54,501 nucleotides of DNA from Synechococcus sp. (GCA_051439605.1 JBFRWN010000069.1:1-54501); one strand, 5' to 3'; positions 38,764-51,119 are shown, counted from the first letter of the stretch. The notes: generated by a model not told the origin, from the sequence alone. Translations and numbers: made by a program.

Positions 38764-39585
38764 CTAACCCGCCCGTTTCTGCATTTGCTGGCCGTCGAGT
38801 CTGGCCCATGGATTAGCCGTTAAACCGTGGACTAGAATGCTCAAAATTATCGTGCAGGACACCGTTGCGGTCAGCGTGTGACCGCCCGACAAATTTTCAT
38901 CCAGAACAATCACAGCGAAGACGATACTTGCCAATCCCATCGGGCCAAACCAGCCAACAAATAATTTGGTCCATGCATCTAGAGCCAGCCCAGATAGGCA
39001 TAGAAAGACAGGCAGGATGCGCACCACAGTCAGACTTAAAATTGCGTAAAGCACAACTTGCCCAGTAAGCTGGCCAACCATGGAACCAACAACGGCAGAA
39101 CCAAAGGCAACCCAGGTAATAAGAGACAGAGTATCGCCATTGGCTTCCGATGCTTTCAGTAGGTCTTCTTTATAATTTTTGGCAAGACCTCCAAACAGCA
39201 GGCCCCCTATAAATGAGGCGATAAATCCACTGCCCCCCAAAGCTTGGGAAGTGGAAAAACAAGCGAGAGCGAGGGCTGCTATAGCCATACGCTGCCAGGT
39301 ATCGGACAACCAGCTGCGGTTAGAGCAGGATTTGACCAATAGGGTACCGATAACGGCAAAGACAGCCCCTACCAGCACACCAAAACCAATCTGTTTGAAA
39401 AAGAGACTCACTAGCAACTGGGTTGAACTGCCACCAGAAGCTTGATGTGTGGCGAATGCGAGCAATCCAAACAGAATGGGAACACAAATACCGTCGTTAA
39501 GACCGCTTTCCAAGTTTAAATCTTCGCGAATACGTCCCGGTACGTTGGGATTAGTGACAACCGCTTTGCTTCTTTGTCTTGACAT
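38764..39585 (-). pseudogene. 5'-truncated CPA1 cation:proton antiporter
   Basis: Homology begins abruptly at KAVVTNP.VP.RIR..LN.ESGLNDG; the preceding APTDAALG motif and N-terminal TM helices are missing. The WFGPRG motif appears as WFGPMG. Confidence 0.75.
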
Positions 39586-39947
39586 TTCTTGGAGCTAAAG
39601 CTCCACTTGCACAAGCATCTAGATGCTAACTGATGGCATGCTAAGGTATTCACAATCCACTCACATTAAGTACTTCAATCTTCCAGTTATTTTTAGTATT
39701 ATCTTACTCATAATTCGGTATTGAGAGTGCTACGAACCGGGCTACAAATATTCAGCTATGGAATCGAAGCAATCATGACTATAGACAGAAGAGATCGAGA
39801 AATTTTCGTATCGATTTGTAATTTGCATAGACGTTAAAAACAATGATTATTGTATCGGTTATATAAAGTTCTGTGCAGGTGCAGCCACGCATTGTATAAA
39901 AGTAAGTTCAGTAATCGTGGGACGATAATAGTATAGATATTCTGGAG

Positions 39948-41912
39948 ATGGGTCTGTTGCGTACGCATGATTACTTCTTGCGGCGAAACGGTAAATGGCG
40001 AGGACAGCTGTATTCTGTTACTTTTTTTCTCTTCATTTCCTTTAATATTTTACTACTGCTGCCGTCCCCTTTATTCGCCCAAACATCCTCTGCTGTTCAG
40101 ATCGTTTCTGGATGGGTGGAAAGAGGTACACCTTTGGTATATCGTCTGCCAAATCTACAAGCGGGCGACACCCTTTACCTACAAGCAGGTACGGTGGAGG
40201 GGAACTTGGATCCTTTTATCGGTATTGCCTCCGACGATTTCGATTTAGAAAGAGGAATTCAACGTTTGAATTCCGAAGTCGATCGAGCCTTACAAGGGGG
40301 GCGAGACCCCTTGCTGACGATCGCGACCGTCGTGGATGAAGAATTCCTTGCTTGGAACGATGACGGTGGCGAAGGGTACTCGGCGGAACTAATCTTTACA
40401 ATTCCCGATGATGGAAACTATCAGTTGCTGCTTGGCAGTTCACCGATGACCGATACCTTCGGTACGGCAAAAATGGCAATCGGTTTGAACGATCCTAAAG
40501 CATTAAAACAATGGTACGAACTTGAAGAAGTTCCGTCTGTTGAAAATGGAGAATTGAGACGTGAAAGTGAAATTGCGATTTTAGACGAAAGCAGTTTATC
40601 CGATCCATCTGGCATCCAGGAGGTTTTTGGCTCCCTTAGCGTTGATAAAACTAGAACCTTTTTCACTTTAGAAAATCAAAATGAAGGTACGACACTCTAT
40701 GCCTACGTGCAAGCGATTTCGGGAAATCTGCATCCGATTCTTCATTTACGGGATTTTGGCAATAAGTTGTTGAGTACGGCTAACTTTTTAGGGCGATCTC
40801 CATCTGGACACCTGGAGTATGCGTTTACAGACACACCCAGCAAGAATTTTAGATTGGAAGTATTGAGTGGAAAGGTGAACGGGCAGCCATCCACAGGAGA
40901 CTTTCGATTGCTGGCAGGGATCGACAGGCCGGAGGTTTTAAATGGATCTTCCACAGCTGATGAAGCGAGGATCTTTAGGAAACCCATTGAGGTGGACGTA
41001 GGCGTTAATGTCGAGCAGATCGCGGACATTAACCAAAAAAATGAGAACTATGGAATAGTAGCCACTTTGAACATGGAATGGTTCGATCCTAATCTGGTAT
41101 TTAGCGCGGATGAATGTCAATGTCGGTTTAAAGAATACAGCCTCGCCCAATTCGAATACCTAATTGCTCAAAACAACCTCAGTTGGCCTAACTTTACTAT
41201 CACTAACCAACAGGGTCGTAGATTCTCTCAAAACCAGATATTCATTATATTTTCTACTGGTGAGGCACGTTATATAGAGAGATTCTCAGCAACGCTACAA
41301 GCTCCAGATTTTGACTTTAGATTTTTCCCGTTTGACAGGCAAACATTCTTTATCAATATTCAGTCCGTCTTTCCAGAAGAGTTTTACAAGTTTAATGTGT
41401 CGGAGAGGTTTAGTGGTTTAGGAGAGAGATTGGGGGAAGAAGAATGGGTGGCGTCTAGTACATCTACTTCTGTTTCAAGCGAACTTTCGAATGCTGGTGT
41501 CATATCCTCGCAGTACTCCTTTGAAATTGAAGCCTATCGGCAGCTGAATTATTACATTCTCAGGATATTTATTCCTGTTGGCATTATCATCTTTGTATCT
41601 TGGGTTCCATCTTTTTTGGGTGACTACAATAAACGAGTAGATATTGCAAATGCGACTCTTTTACTGTTCATTGCTTTTAACTTTACAATCTCAAATGACT
41701 TGCCCAGATTGGGATACTTAACTTTTATCGACACTCTTTTGTTAAGTACGTTCATTCTGACAGGGGTGGTATTAATTTATAACGTTATCCTCAAACGTTT
41801 AGAATCAGACGGCAAAAAAATCCTGGTTCGAAGAATCGATCGATATGCCGTCTGGCTTCATCCACTCACGTACTTTGCAGCATTTGCCCTCGTAACATTG
41901 CTATTTACTTGA
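39948..41912 (+). CDS. Pentameric ligand-gated ion channel (prokaryotic Pro-loop, DeCLIC-like) with two N-terminal beta domains
   Basis: Signal peptide; duplicated N-terminal motif (GDTLYLQAGTVEGNLDP / GTTLYAYVQAISGNLHP); ECD with DFRFFPFDRQ and LGEEEW; four TM helices from YYILRIFIP through FIAFNFTISNDLPRLGYLT. Confidence 0.88.
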   Translation: MGLLRTHDYFLRRNGKWRGQLYSVTFFLFISFNILLLLPSPLFAQTSSAVQIVSGWVERGTPLVYRLPNLQAGDTLYLQAGTVEGNLDPFIGIASDDFDLERGIQRLNSEVDRALQGGRDPLLTIATVVDEEFLAWNDDGGEGYSAELIFTIPDDGNYQLLLGSSPMTDTFGTAKMAIGLNDPKALKQWYELEEVPSVENGELRRESEIAILDESSLSDPSGIQEVFGSLSVDKTRTFFTLENQNEGTTLYAYVQAISGNLHPILHLRDFGNKLLSTANFLGRSPSGHLEYAFTDTPSKNFRLEVLSGKVNGQPSTGDFRLLAGIDRPEVLNGSSTADEARIFRKPIEVDVGVNVEQIADINQKNENYGIVATLNMEWFDPNLVFSADECQCRFKEYSLAQFEYLIAQNNLSWPNFTITNQQGRRFSQNQIFIIFSTGEARYIERFSATLQAPDFDFRFFPFDRQTFFINIQSVFPEEFYKFNVSERFSGLGERLGEEEWVASSTSTSVSSELSNAGVISSQYSFEIEAYRQLNYYILRIFIPVGIIIFVSWVPSFLGDYNKRVDIANATLLLFIAFNFTISNDLPRLGYLTFIDTLLLSTFILTGVVLIYNVILKRLESDGKKILVRRIDRYAVWLHPLTYFAAFALVTLLFT

Positions 41913-41989
41913 ATCCTTCTGTTATTGTGCGGTCTGGCCAAGCTATTCGCGATACGTGCCCTACTTGAGCCAAAATTGACTCAAACCCA

Positions 41990-43399
<1,410 letters not shown>

Positions 43400-43593
43400 T
43401 TAAGGAACGATATACCTTCTACTTAGAACTCTACTGCGCGCTATGGAACTACCGCAGCATCAAACAGCCATCGATCGGCGGGCTACGAATCGTCCTCTAA
43501 CGCTTAGAGAGACTGCTCGGTCAGGGCTCGCTCCGTTTACTTGACCATCCCAGAAGCAAGGATTGGTAAAAGGTCCAATCAATCGAATTGGAA

Positions 43594-44997
43594 TTAACTT
43601 TGCGAGCTCCCTGCTGAAGCCTTAGCCACTAGCCTCTCAACAGGTCGAGCCACCAGCGATCGCCCATCAATCAACTTGGCCCGCCGACCTCCCAGCCCCA
43701 GTGCTTCGCGCATTAGCCATCGCTTGATGGGAGGCACAAACTGCAGAGATACCAACCCAAGGCGGCGCAACCACTGCAACGGCCAGATGCGGTTGGAAAA
43801 CAGACGATTGGCAAAATCCGTGACAAACAAAACTGCCCGATTGTTACCCTGACGCCATTGCTGATAGCGACGCAGCACCTGCAACGACCCAATATCTTCC
43901 CCAGCCGCTTGTGCCTCCACCAAAACCTGCGCCAAAGCGGCCACATCCCGCATCCCTAAGTTCACCCCCTGTCCCCCCACCGGATGAGTAGAGTGGGCGG
44001 CATCCCCCACAAGCGCAAAGCGGGGCTGCACGTAGGTGGAACTGATCGATCGCTGTGGACAGTAACTGGTTCTCGGGCAGACTTCCAACACTTGCCCCAA
44101 TTGAGGACCAAACCAAGGGGATAGCTCGGCGATAAAGGCCTCATCCGATAGATTCATCAGCCGATCGAGATCGTCTTCTGGTACCGTCCATACCACACAG
44201 CTGCGGTGGGATTCTGCCCTGCCATGAGGATCGTGCATGGGCAAAATTGCAAACGGACCGATGGGCTGGAAGCGTTCGTAAGCAGTTTGTTGATGAGCAC
44301 GCTCTGTAGTGACTGTGGTGACAATGCAGGCTTGCCGATATCCCCAGCGGCAAACGGAAATGTTGGCTTGTTGACGCAAAGGGGAGCGGGCGCCATCTGC
44401 CGCAATCAAGACCTTGGCCCGCCTCCATCGAAGGTTATTGTCTGCGCACTCCTCTTCGGGTTGTGAGGCTGGGGTAAGTGCAAACTGCACTCCATCAGAA
44501 TTTCGGTCCACCTGACCCACCTGCATGGAAAAGCGCAGGGTGACATTCTCGCAGGTTTGCAAAAAAGACAGCGCAGCGGACTGGGTTACGCAATTGGGAA
44601 CGATGTATCCTAATGCCTCGGCCCCAATGTCTTCACGGCGCAGATAGGCGGCGTGGGGAAAATCGCTGTCGGAGACGCGAATTCGATGAATAGGGGACAC
44701 CCCCATTGCCTGCATCTCGGGCCACAGCCCCAGACCGCGAAACATATGTATCGTGCCTAGCGCCAGAGCACTGGCGCGACCATCGGCCCCCATTTCCACA
44801 GAACCCGATTGCTGCAAGGCCATGGAGCGACGTTCCACCACCTCCACTCGCAAGTCAGTATTGCCTAAGGCAGCGGCCAGAGTCAGCCCCACCATGCCTC
44901 CACCCACAATCAGCACGTCACAATCGGTGTTGCTGTGTGGGTCAGGAAGGGTTGTGTCGGAGGAGCTGGGAAAGGGGAAGGTATGCTGCAAGGTCAT
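43594..44997 (-). CDS. UbiH/UbiF/COQ6 family FAD-dependent hydroxylase
   Basis: GGGMVG, IAADGARS, AYERF...GPFAILP and GDAAH.THPVGGQGVNLG.RD motifs. Confidence 0.92.
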   Translation of the reverse strand: MTLQHTFPFPSSSDTTLPDPHSNTDCDVLIVGGGMVGLTLAAALGNTDLRVEVVERRSMALQQSGSVEMGADGRASALALGTIHMFRGLGLWPEMQAMGVSPIHRIRVSDSDFPHAAYLRREDIGAEALGYIVPNCVTQSAALSFLQTCENVTLRFSMQVGQVDRNSDGVQFALTPASQPEEECADNNLRWRRAKVLIAADGARSPLRQQANISVCRWGYRQACIVTTVTTERAHQQTAYERFQPIGPFAILPMHDPHGRAESHRSCVVWTVPEDDLDRLMNLSDEAFIAELSPWFGPQLGQVLEVCPRTSYCPQRSISSTYVQPRFALVGDAAHSTHPVGGQGVNLGMRDVAALAQVLVEAQAAGEDIGSLQVLRRYQQWRQGNNRAVLFVTDFANRLFSNRIWPLQWLRRLGLVSLQFVPPIKRWLMREALGLGGRRAKLIDGRSLVARPVERLVAKASAGSSQS

Positions 44998-45125
44998 TGA
45001 AAGTTAGAGGTTCAAAGGGGGATTGATAATAACTGTTAAATTCCTTTGCCCTCAGTTTAACAATCCATTCCAAACACGGCGGCGGGAGTTTTTGGGTTAT
45101 TAGTCTTGATTTTTTCCAGAAGCGC

Positions 45126-45521
45126 TCAAGGTATCCAACTACTAGGCTTCTGGCCGGCACAGTATCTAAAATCCACATCGCGAGACTTCCCCCTGAGCCA
45201 ACCAGAAACGCAAGACCATATCTGTTGCCAAGGATGTATGAATGCTTCTACGGGGGTAGTCTGCTCCTCCTGCGCCCAGAAGGACAACGCATACCAAGTG
45301 CTGGGGCCGAACCTCCCGTCTGGCTGTAGCCCAAAATGGCGCTGCACCCCCACCACAGCGGCCTGGGTACGATCGCCAAACCAGCCATCCACTTCCCCAC
45401 AGTCGTATCCCAGTGCGTTGAGGGTGTGTTGCAGTTTTTTTACCTCTTCACCGCGATCGCCAGCAGTCAAAGTCGCCAGCTCTAGCAGGGCAATTTTCAG
45501 GTCTTGTGAATGAACGGTCAT
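45126..45521 (-). CDS. Peptidoglycan-binding domain protein (PG_binding_1)
   Basis: L..GDRGEEVKKLQ..LN.LGY....VDGWFG.RT..AV...Q...GL.PDG.FGP.TW. Confidence 0.8.
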   Translation of the reverse strand: MTVHSQDLKIALLELATLTAGDRGEEVKKLQHTLNALGYDCGEVDGWFGDRTQAAVVGVQRHFGLQPDGRFGPSTWYALSFWAQEEQTTPVEAFIHPWQQIWSCVSGWLRGKSRDVDFRYCAGQKPSSWIP

Positions 45522-45857
45522 GGAAAAACACTCGGGTGAAAGGAAAGCCTCTAGCAATAAAGAGGAACTCTGAAAACCGCGATCGCTGGGAAAAACGCCA
45601 GAAGATAGCGGACTCAGTGATTCGATACTGCAAAAGTCGTCGGTCTAACACCACAAAAGAACGCAAGTTAAGATAACAAGTTAAGGTGTGCTCTACTTTG
45701 CTGTTCAATCCAGCGATGGGGGACTGCGCAATTGCCGCAATTTGCCTGCGGGGGACCACAGCAGCGGGAATTCTTTAACGTCCGCTAGTTTGTATTGGCA
45801 CCTAATACAAAATGAGCGGCTACTCGAACGAAAAAATAGGCGTTCGAGGCTCTTGTT

Positions 45858-45896
45858 CCCCTTTCCCGAACCGGGAGAGGGGTTAGGGGTGAGGGC
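45858..45896 (+). repeat. Cyanobacterial short dispersed GC-rich hairpin repeat
   Basis: CCCCTTTCCCGAACCGGGAGAGGGGTTAGGGGTGAGGGC: a hairpin plus GGGGTTAGGGGTGAGG tail, characteristic of a widespread cyanobacterial small repeat. Confidence 0.6.
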
Positions 45897-46073
45897 CATC
45901 GTACTTAGGTTTCTCGAGCAATTCCAACTGCACTTCTTTCAGAACCTAAGGGAGCATTGATGTAAACCTCAGTCAAAACCCTTATACGGTAGGAGGTCAG
46001 CCATCGATAAGCTGACTTCCATTGATACTCCTTTTGCTCTACCTTTGATGGCAGTCAGGGTTAGGTGTGCAAC

Positions 46074-46955
46074 ATGGCCGCTTCCGAATTTCGCAGTCGG
46101 TTTCAAGTACTAGGCAGTCCAGTCATTGACCAAACCTCTGCCGCTCAGGTAGGAATTGTGAGCGAAGTTTGGGTGGATCTAGAGCGCCAACAAGTGCTTG
46201 CCCTCAGCGTCATAGATAGCGCCTTTGACCGCATAGAACGCTTCCTCGTTTTGGGGGATCGCGTTAAAATTGGCCGCGATGCCATCCTGATAGAATCTGA
46301 CGATGCTTTTGAAGAGCCCGACCTAGAGGGTCTAGAGAAGGTCATCGGCCTGAACGTAGTGACCGAGACCGGAACTCGCCTGGGTCGCATTAAGAACTTT
46401 CTTTTCGATCCTGACAGCGGAGAGATTATCGACTATCACGTTTCCAGTTTGGGGATACCCCTGATTCCGGCGTTTCTGTCGAACACCTACGGTATGAAAG
46501 CTGAGGAACTTGTATCCGTGGGGGGAGATCTTATCGCCGCAGATGGCACCGAAAATCGTCTATTTGAAGTCTCTACAAGCTTCATCACCCAACTGATTGG
46601 TGTGGGCCGCCCCCCTTGGGAAATGCAGATGGATGTCCCCGTACTGCCTAGCGCTGCCGAGCCTGAGGAAGAGGACGAGGAAGCCTATTACAGCAAGGAA
46701 TACGAAGAAGAATACGAGGAAGAAGAAGAGGAGTACGCAGGCGAGGACTATGAGGATGGGGTGGAGGAGGACTATGTGGATGAAGAAGACAGGGGCGACT
46801 ATGTAGAGGATGAGGTGGAGGAGGACTACGCCGAGGACTATGAAAGCGAGTACGCTGAGGCCGCGGAGGAGAGTCAAGAACCTGTCGATGCCGAACCGCT
46901 GGAAACTCCTGTAGAGATTGCTGAGCCCGAGACCATTGAGGAAGAAACCCCCTAG
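46074..46955 (+). CDS. Double PRC-barrel domain protein with acidic C-terminal tail
   Basis: Two PRC-like repeats (LGSPVID....QVGIVSEVWVD; IGLNVVTETGTRLGRIKNFLFD...GEI) followed by an E/D/Y-rich tail. Confidence 0.85.
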   Translation: MAASEFRSRFQVLGSPVIDQTSAAQVGIVSEVWVDLERQQVLALSVIDSAFDRIERFLVLGDRVKIGRDAILIESDDAFEEPDLEGLEKVIGLNVVTETGTRLGRIKNFLFDPDSGEIIDYHVSSLGIPLIPAFLSNTYGMKAEELVSVGGDLIAADGTENRLFEVSTSFITQLIGVGRPPWEMQMDVPVLPSAAEPEEEDEEAYYSKEYEEEYEEEEEEYAGEDYEDGVEEDYVDEEDRGDYVEDEVEEDYAEDYESEYAEAAEESQEPVDAEPLETPVEIAEPETIEEETP

Positions 46956-47028
46956 GTTCGCCCGTCGAGCCTTGACGAGTGTTCGGGACACTTGGCTCGG
47001 GTATTGATGAATTCAGTTCGAGGGAACT

Positions 47029-47874
47029 ATGTCGCAGCAGCCATTTGTGAAATATCAGGGATTGGGTAATGACTTTATCCTGATTGACAATCGCGCTCAG
47101 ACAGAACCATTGCTGACTCCAGAACAGACCATCAAATGGTGCGATCGCCGCTTTGGCATAGGGGCCGACGGCGTCATCTTTGCCCTTCCCGGTCAAGAGG
47201 GAACGGACTACACCATGCGCATCTTCAACAGCGATGGCTCGGAACCAGAAATGTGCGGTAACGGCATCCGCTGTATGGCTCAATTCCTGAAGGATTTGGG
47301 AGCACTCGCCAGTGGCAACGGCTATCAAATTCACACTCTGGCAGGGCGCATCGTGCCCACTTTCACCTCCGATGGCCTGATCAGTGTAGATATGGGGGCT
47401 CCTATTTTAGGGGCCGCCGACATTCCCACCACGCTGGCAGAGGGAGATGCCTTAGCGATTGATCGCTCTCTAGCCATCGGCGATCGCACTTGGAAGGTCA
47501 CCTGCGTCAGCATGGGGAATCCCCACTGCATTACATTTGTGGATGATGTGGCTGCCATTCCACTGGAACAAATTGGTCCGAAATTCGAGCACAACTCGGT
47601 GTTTCCCGAACGCACCAACACCGAGTTTGTGCAGGTGATGGGTCGCGATCGCCTGCGGATGCGCGTCTGGGAGCGGGGGGCCGGTGTGACTCTGGCCTGT
47701 GGGACGGGCGCTTGTGCCACGTTAGTCGCGGCGGTGCTGCTGGACAAGGCAGATAACGAAGCAATTGTAGAGCTGCCCGGAGGCAACCTCGAGATTCGTT
47801 GGGACCGGGATAGCGATCGCATTCATATGACGGGACCAGCCAATAAAGTATTCACTGGCACCAGCGAAATTTAA
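47029..47874 (+). CDS. dapF: Diaminopimelate epimerase
   Basis: [34 protein letters not shown] and [17 protein letters not shown] motifs. Confidence 0.97.
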   Translation: MSQQPFVKYQGLGNDFILIDNRAQTEPLLTPEQTIKWCDRRFGIGADGVIFALPGQEGTDYTMRIFNSDGSEPEMCGNGIRCMAQFLKDLGALASGNGYQIHTLAGRIVPTFTSDGLISVDMGAPILGAADIPTTLAEGDALAIDRSLAIGDRTWKVTCVSMGNPHCITFVDDVAAIPLEQIGPKFEHNSVFPERTNTEFVQVMGRDRLRMRVWERGAGVTLACGTGACATLVAAVLLDKADNEAIVELPGGNLEIRWDRDSDRIHMTGPANKVFTGTSEI

Positions 47875-48286
47875 TTTCACAAGGTGAATTGGGCACCCTT
47901 CAAGTCACTTGATATCTCAGCTCTCCGGAACCTGTCCTGGACCGACTCCATACTTATCCAGCGGATTGCTCTAGCCAGAAAATCATGTCAACAACCAACA
48001 ACATTATCGAAAGAGCAATGAGCACCCCAACTTAGTCAGGGAATCACAAGATCGGTCGAAAACACCTTCCCTTCTGTCTTCTGGTTAACTGCAAACATGC
48101 TGTTATACAGCAAAAGCGAATTACGTCAGCAGTGAAATCTAAGTAGTAACACTTATTATTTCTTCAGACTGGTAACAATTGATGCGGAATTGGGCAGGTT
48201 ACTTACGTGGTGGCTGGCAATTAAGTCACTTGTTCTAGCTATTGCTCCCGCAGCAACAGAAGCGGGGACATTAATGCTAAGTCATC

Positions 48287-49525
48287 GTGTCTGCACTGGT
48301 TAGCTCCATGAGTATAAAAGTAGTCCTGCGGAAACCAAACCCAATGTTAACAGAGCAGCAGGTTGAATTTGCCTCAATATTGCAAAGGCTCAACGAGAAT
48401 AAATTTAGTGGCCGGTTGCAAGTAACTGGAAAGCCACGGACCAATAATGCTGAAAATTTAACCTGGACGTTTTTCTTTAATTACGGTCGCATTCTGTTTG
48501 CGAAGGGTGGACTGCATCCGGTGAGGCAGTGGAGTGCCCTCCTCCAGCGACACACTCTAGGCAACACCTGCAAAAACGTTCTGCGAAGTTTGAACACCAT
48601 ATCAGTCACTCCCACAACACAATGTTGGGAATTTGAAGTTCTTCATGAAAACCTCAAACAAGGAACTCTCAATCGTCAACAATTTACAAACATCGCCCAG
48701 GCTAAGGTTATTGAATCCATCTTCGATATTTGGCATTTAACCGATCTCCATTCCGAAGAAATCTCTGAAGACTTGTCACAATTATCCAGCATCGTCTTAA
48801 TCGACCCCAGACAAGCCTTGGAGGATGCAACGCAGGAATGGTTGGCTTGGGAACAAACAAGCATACTCAACTGTCAGCCCGATCGCGCAGTGACAGTCGA
48901 ATTACCAGAATTACTTCAGTCGCAGACTTCTCCAGCTGCTTATCAAGCGATGACAGCCATGTTAGATGGCCAATCCTCCCTGAGAGAAATTGCCGCTAAA
49001 GCCAACAAAGAGGTCAAAGCCATTGTTCGATCGCTGATGCCCTTTATCAATACCGGGATTTTGGCTTTGAAAGACATTCCCGATCTCCCCTGCCCATTTA
49101 AAACCTTCGAAAATTCAAATATTCAAGTTCAAGAAATCCGGAAAAAATACACCATTGCTTGTATTGACGATAGCCCCCTGATTTGCGAACAAATGAAACG
49201 GCTCGTGACAGAAGCTGGATATGACTATTTTTCAATTGATAACCCATTGCGGGCAATTGCCACTTTGCTCAGAAAGAAACCCGATCTAATTTTCTTAGAT
49301 CTAGTCATGCCGAATACAAATGGGTACGAAATTTGCTCTCAGCTGCGGAAACTTAATCACTTTCATGATGTTCCCATTATCATTTTGACCGGGAACGATG
49401 GAATTATCGATCGCATCCGTGCCAAGGTGGTAGGCTCTACAGATTTTCTAGGCAAGCCGCTCACTGCATCCACACTAAAAACTGTGATTGAGACTCATCT
49501 TGTCCAGAGAATCGAAGCAGCTTAA
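48287..49525 (+). CDS. pixG: PatA-type response regulator (PATAN + REC), PixG-like
   Basis: N-terminal PATAN (F..GRI..A.GG.HPVR.W) and C-terminal REC (IACIDDS, FLDLVMP, ILTG, KP). Start may be 48308 or 48344. Confidence 0.8.
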   Translation: MSALVSSMSIKVVLRKPNPMLTEQQVEFASILQRLNENKFSGRLQVTGKPRTNNAENLTWTFFFNYGRILFAKGGLHPVRQWSALLQRHTLGNTCKNVLRSLNTISVTPTTQCWEFEVLHENLKQGTLNRQQFTNIAQAKVIESIFDIWHLTDLHSEEISEDLSQLSSIVLIDPRQALEDATQEWLAWEQTSILNCQPDRAVTVELPELLQSQTSPAAYQAMTAMLDGQSSLREIAAKANKEVKAIVRSLMPFINTGILALKDIPDLPCPFKTFENSNIQVQEIRKKYTIACIDDSPLICEQMKRLVTEAGYDYFSIDNPLRAIATLLRKKPDLIFLDLVMPNTNGYEICSQLRKLNHFHDVPIIILTGNDGIIDRIRAKVVGSTDFLGKPLTASTLKTVIETHLVQRIEAA

Positions 49526-49764
49526 GACTGTTTCAAAATATGAGTTTACAGTTGCATAAATTCCCAGATAACTCTATACCAAGCGAATTTCTTTGTTCGC
49601 TTGGATTTTTTTCGAACAAGCAATTGCAATCTTTAGAATAGAAAATAATTGGATAAAGAATGTAACGCCAGATGCAGTTATGATTCCTGCGTTCAAATTT
49701 TGGGAACATTAATACCACAGTCGCTAAGGCTGCGTCAATGACTTTACGTGTCTAGAAGGGAAAA

Positions 49765-50127
49765 ATGGCTACTATTCTTATTGTCGAAGATTCACAGGCA
49801 GAGCAGCAGCTCCTAACTGAATATCTGACGGCAGGAGGCTATACGGTTGTCCATGCCGGTAGCAGCGAAGAGGCCGTAACCACTCTCGAGCAGGTTAAGC
49901 CTAGCGCCATCTTTTTGGATGTAGTGCTACCGGGTCGGAGTGGCTTCGAATTGTGCCGCGATCTCAAGGCAGCTCCTGATACTAGCCAGATCCCAATCAT
50001 AATCTGTTCCACAAAGAACAGCGAAATGGATAAGTTCTGGGGGATGAAGCAGGGAGCAGATGCCTATCTCGGCAAGCCTCTAGAGCGCGAAGTCGTATTG
50101 GACACAGCGCGTAAAGTCATAGCGTAA
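49765..50127 (+). CDS. pixH: CheY-like single-domain response regulator, PixH-like
   Basis: ILIVEDS, FLDVVLPGRSGFELCR, CSTK...DKFWGMKQGADAYL.KP. Confidence 0.82.
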   Translation: MATILIVEDSQAEQQLLTEYLTAGGYTVVHAGSSEEAVTTLEQVKPSAIFLDVVLPGRSGFELCRDLKAAPDTSQIPIIICSTKNSEMDKFWGMKQGADAYLGKPLEREVVLDTARKVIA

Positions 50128-50537
50128 TGCTTTCCCTTCCATGTTTCTGGTTTTGGATAGAGTTCCGCTCACAACTTACAAGGATCTTTCCGCGGCACCC
50201 GATCTTGGCCTAAAGGGTCTTGTATCGAGATAGAGCTCAACCAGAATGCTCTTGCGGTAGCAAATATTCAATTTCTAGATAGCTCGAAAAGTCAACCTAG
50301 ACGGTTGAAGTTAGACATTCTCTACCCAAACGCGGTGTCCCTGCGTCTACCTATTCTGCTGCAAACTTAACGCGCGCCCCACCTCGCGCAATCCAACAGG
50401 TAGAAATTGATTCGATCGCAGCATTGTCTGGCTGATTTGCCTTCCTAGATAAACCCGTTCCAATCTGCAATCGTCCCTTTCTTACTCTCGATAATGGCCC
50501 CAACTGAAATGGCCTTCACTCAACGTCTTGCTTTTAT

Positions 50538-51119
50538 TTGGAGATAACTGTGCAAGTCGAGCACCCATCCCCAACGCCCGAGCCGCCAGTGGATTCATTA
50601 CACGATTCCGCTACGATTCATGCCGGAGAACAATTTCTGCGATTTCGCTTGCCCTCAGATACCGTGGCCTTATTGCCCGTTCAGCAGCTGGCCGAAATTG
50701 TCAAAATTTCCTACCGCTCGGTGATTCCCATTCCCGACATGCCCGCTTGGGTATCGGGGGTTTACAACTGGCGGGGGGAAATTCTGTGGATTTTGGATCT
50801 GGGCCACCTGCTAGGTCTGACCCCCTGGCAGCAAATGCCCAGCATCTCGGATACCCACTCTTTGGCAATTCTGCGATCGCCCGAACGACCGGGAAGCGCT
50901 CCGTTGACAGTGGGGGCGATCGTTCAGTCTGTAGAGGGGATCAAATCCTATAACGAAGACGGCATTCTTTCCCCCCCCGATTCGGCAGTCACCCCCGAAT
51001 TGGCTCCGTTCCTGCGCGGTTTCTGGCTGGACCCGGCGGGTGGAGACATTTTAACGGTGCTCGAAGGAACCGCAATTTTCGAGCGTCTGCCTCGCTTATC
51101 GCAACAAGGCTCTGAATAG
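50538..51119 (+). CDS. pixI: CheW-like coupling protein, PixI-like
   Basis: [31 protein letters not shown]. Confidence 0.85.
   Translation: MEITVQVEHPSPTPEPPVDSLHDSATIHAGEQFLRFRLPSDTVALLPVQQLAEIVKISYRSVIPIPDMPAWVSGVYNWRGEILWILDLGHLLGLTPWQQMPSISDTHSLAILRSPERPGSAPLTVGAIVQSVEGIKSYNEDGILSPPDSAVTPELAPFLRGFWLDPAGGDILTVLEGTAIFERLPRLSQQGSE

Noticed and set aside
46560..47334. Hydrophobic or Pro/His-rich antisense ORFs over the PRC-barrel tail and dapF
   Set aside because: Reverse-complement artefacts of the GAR-rich acidic tail.
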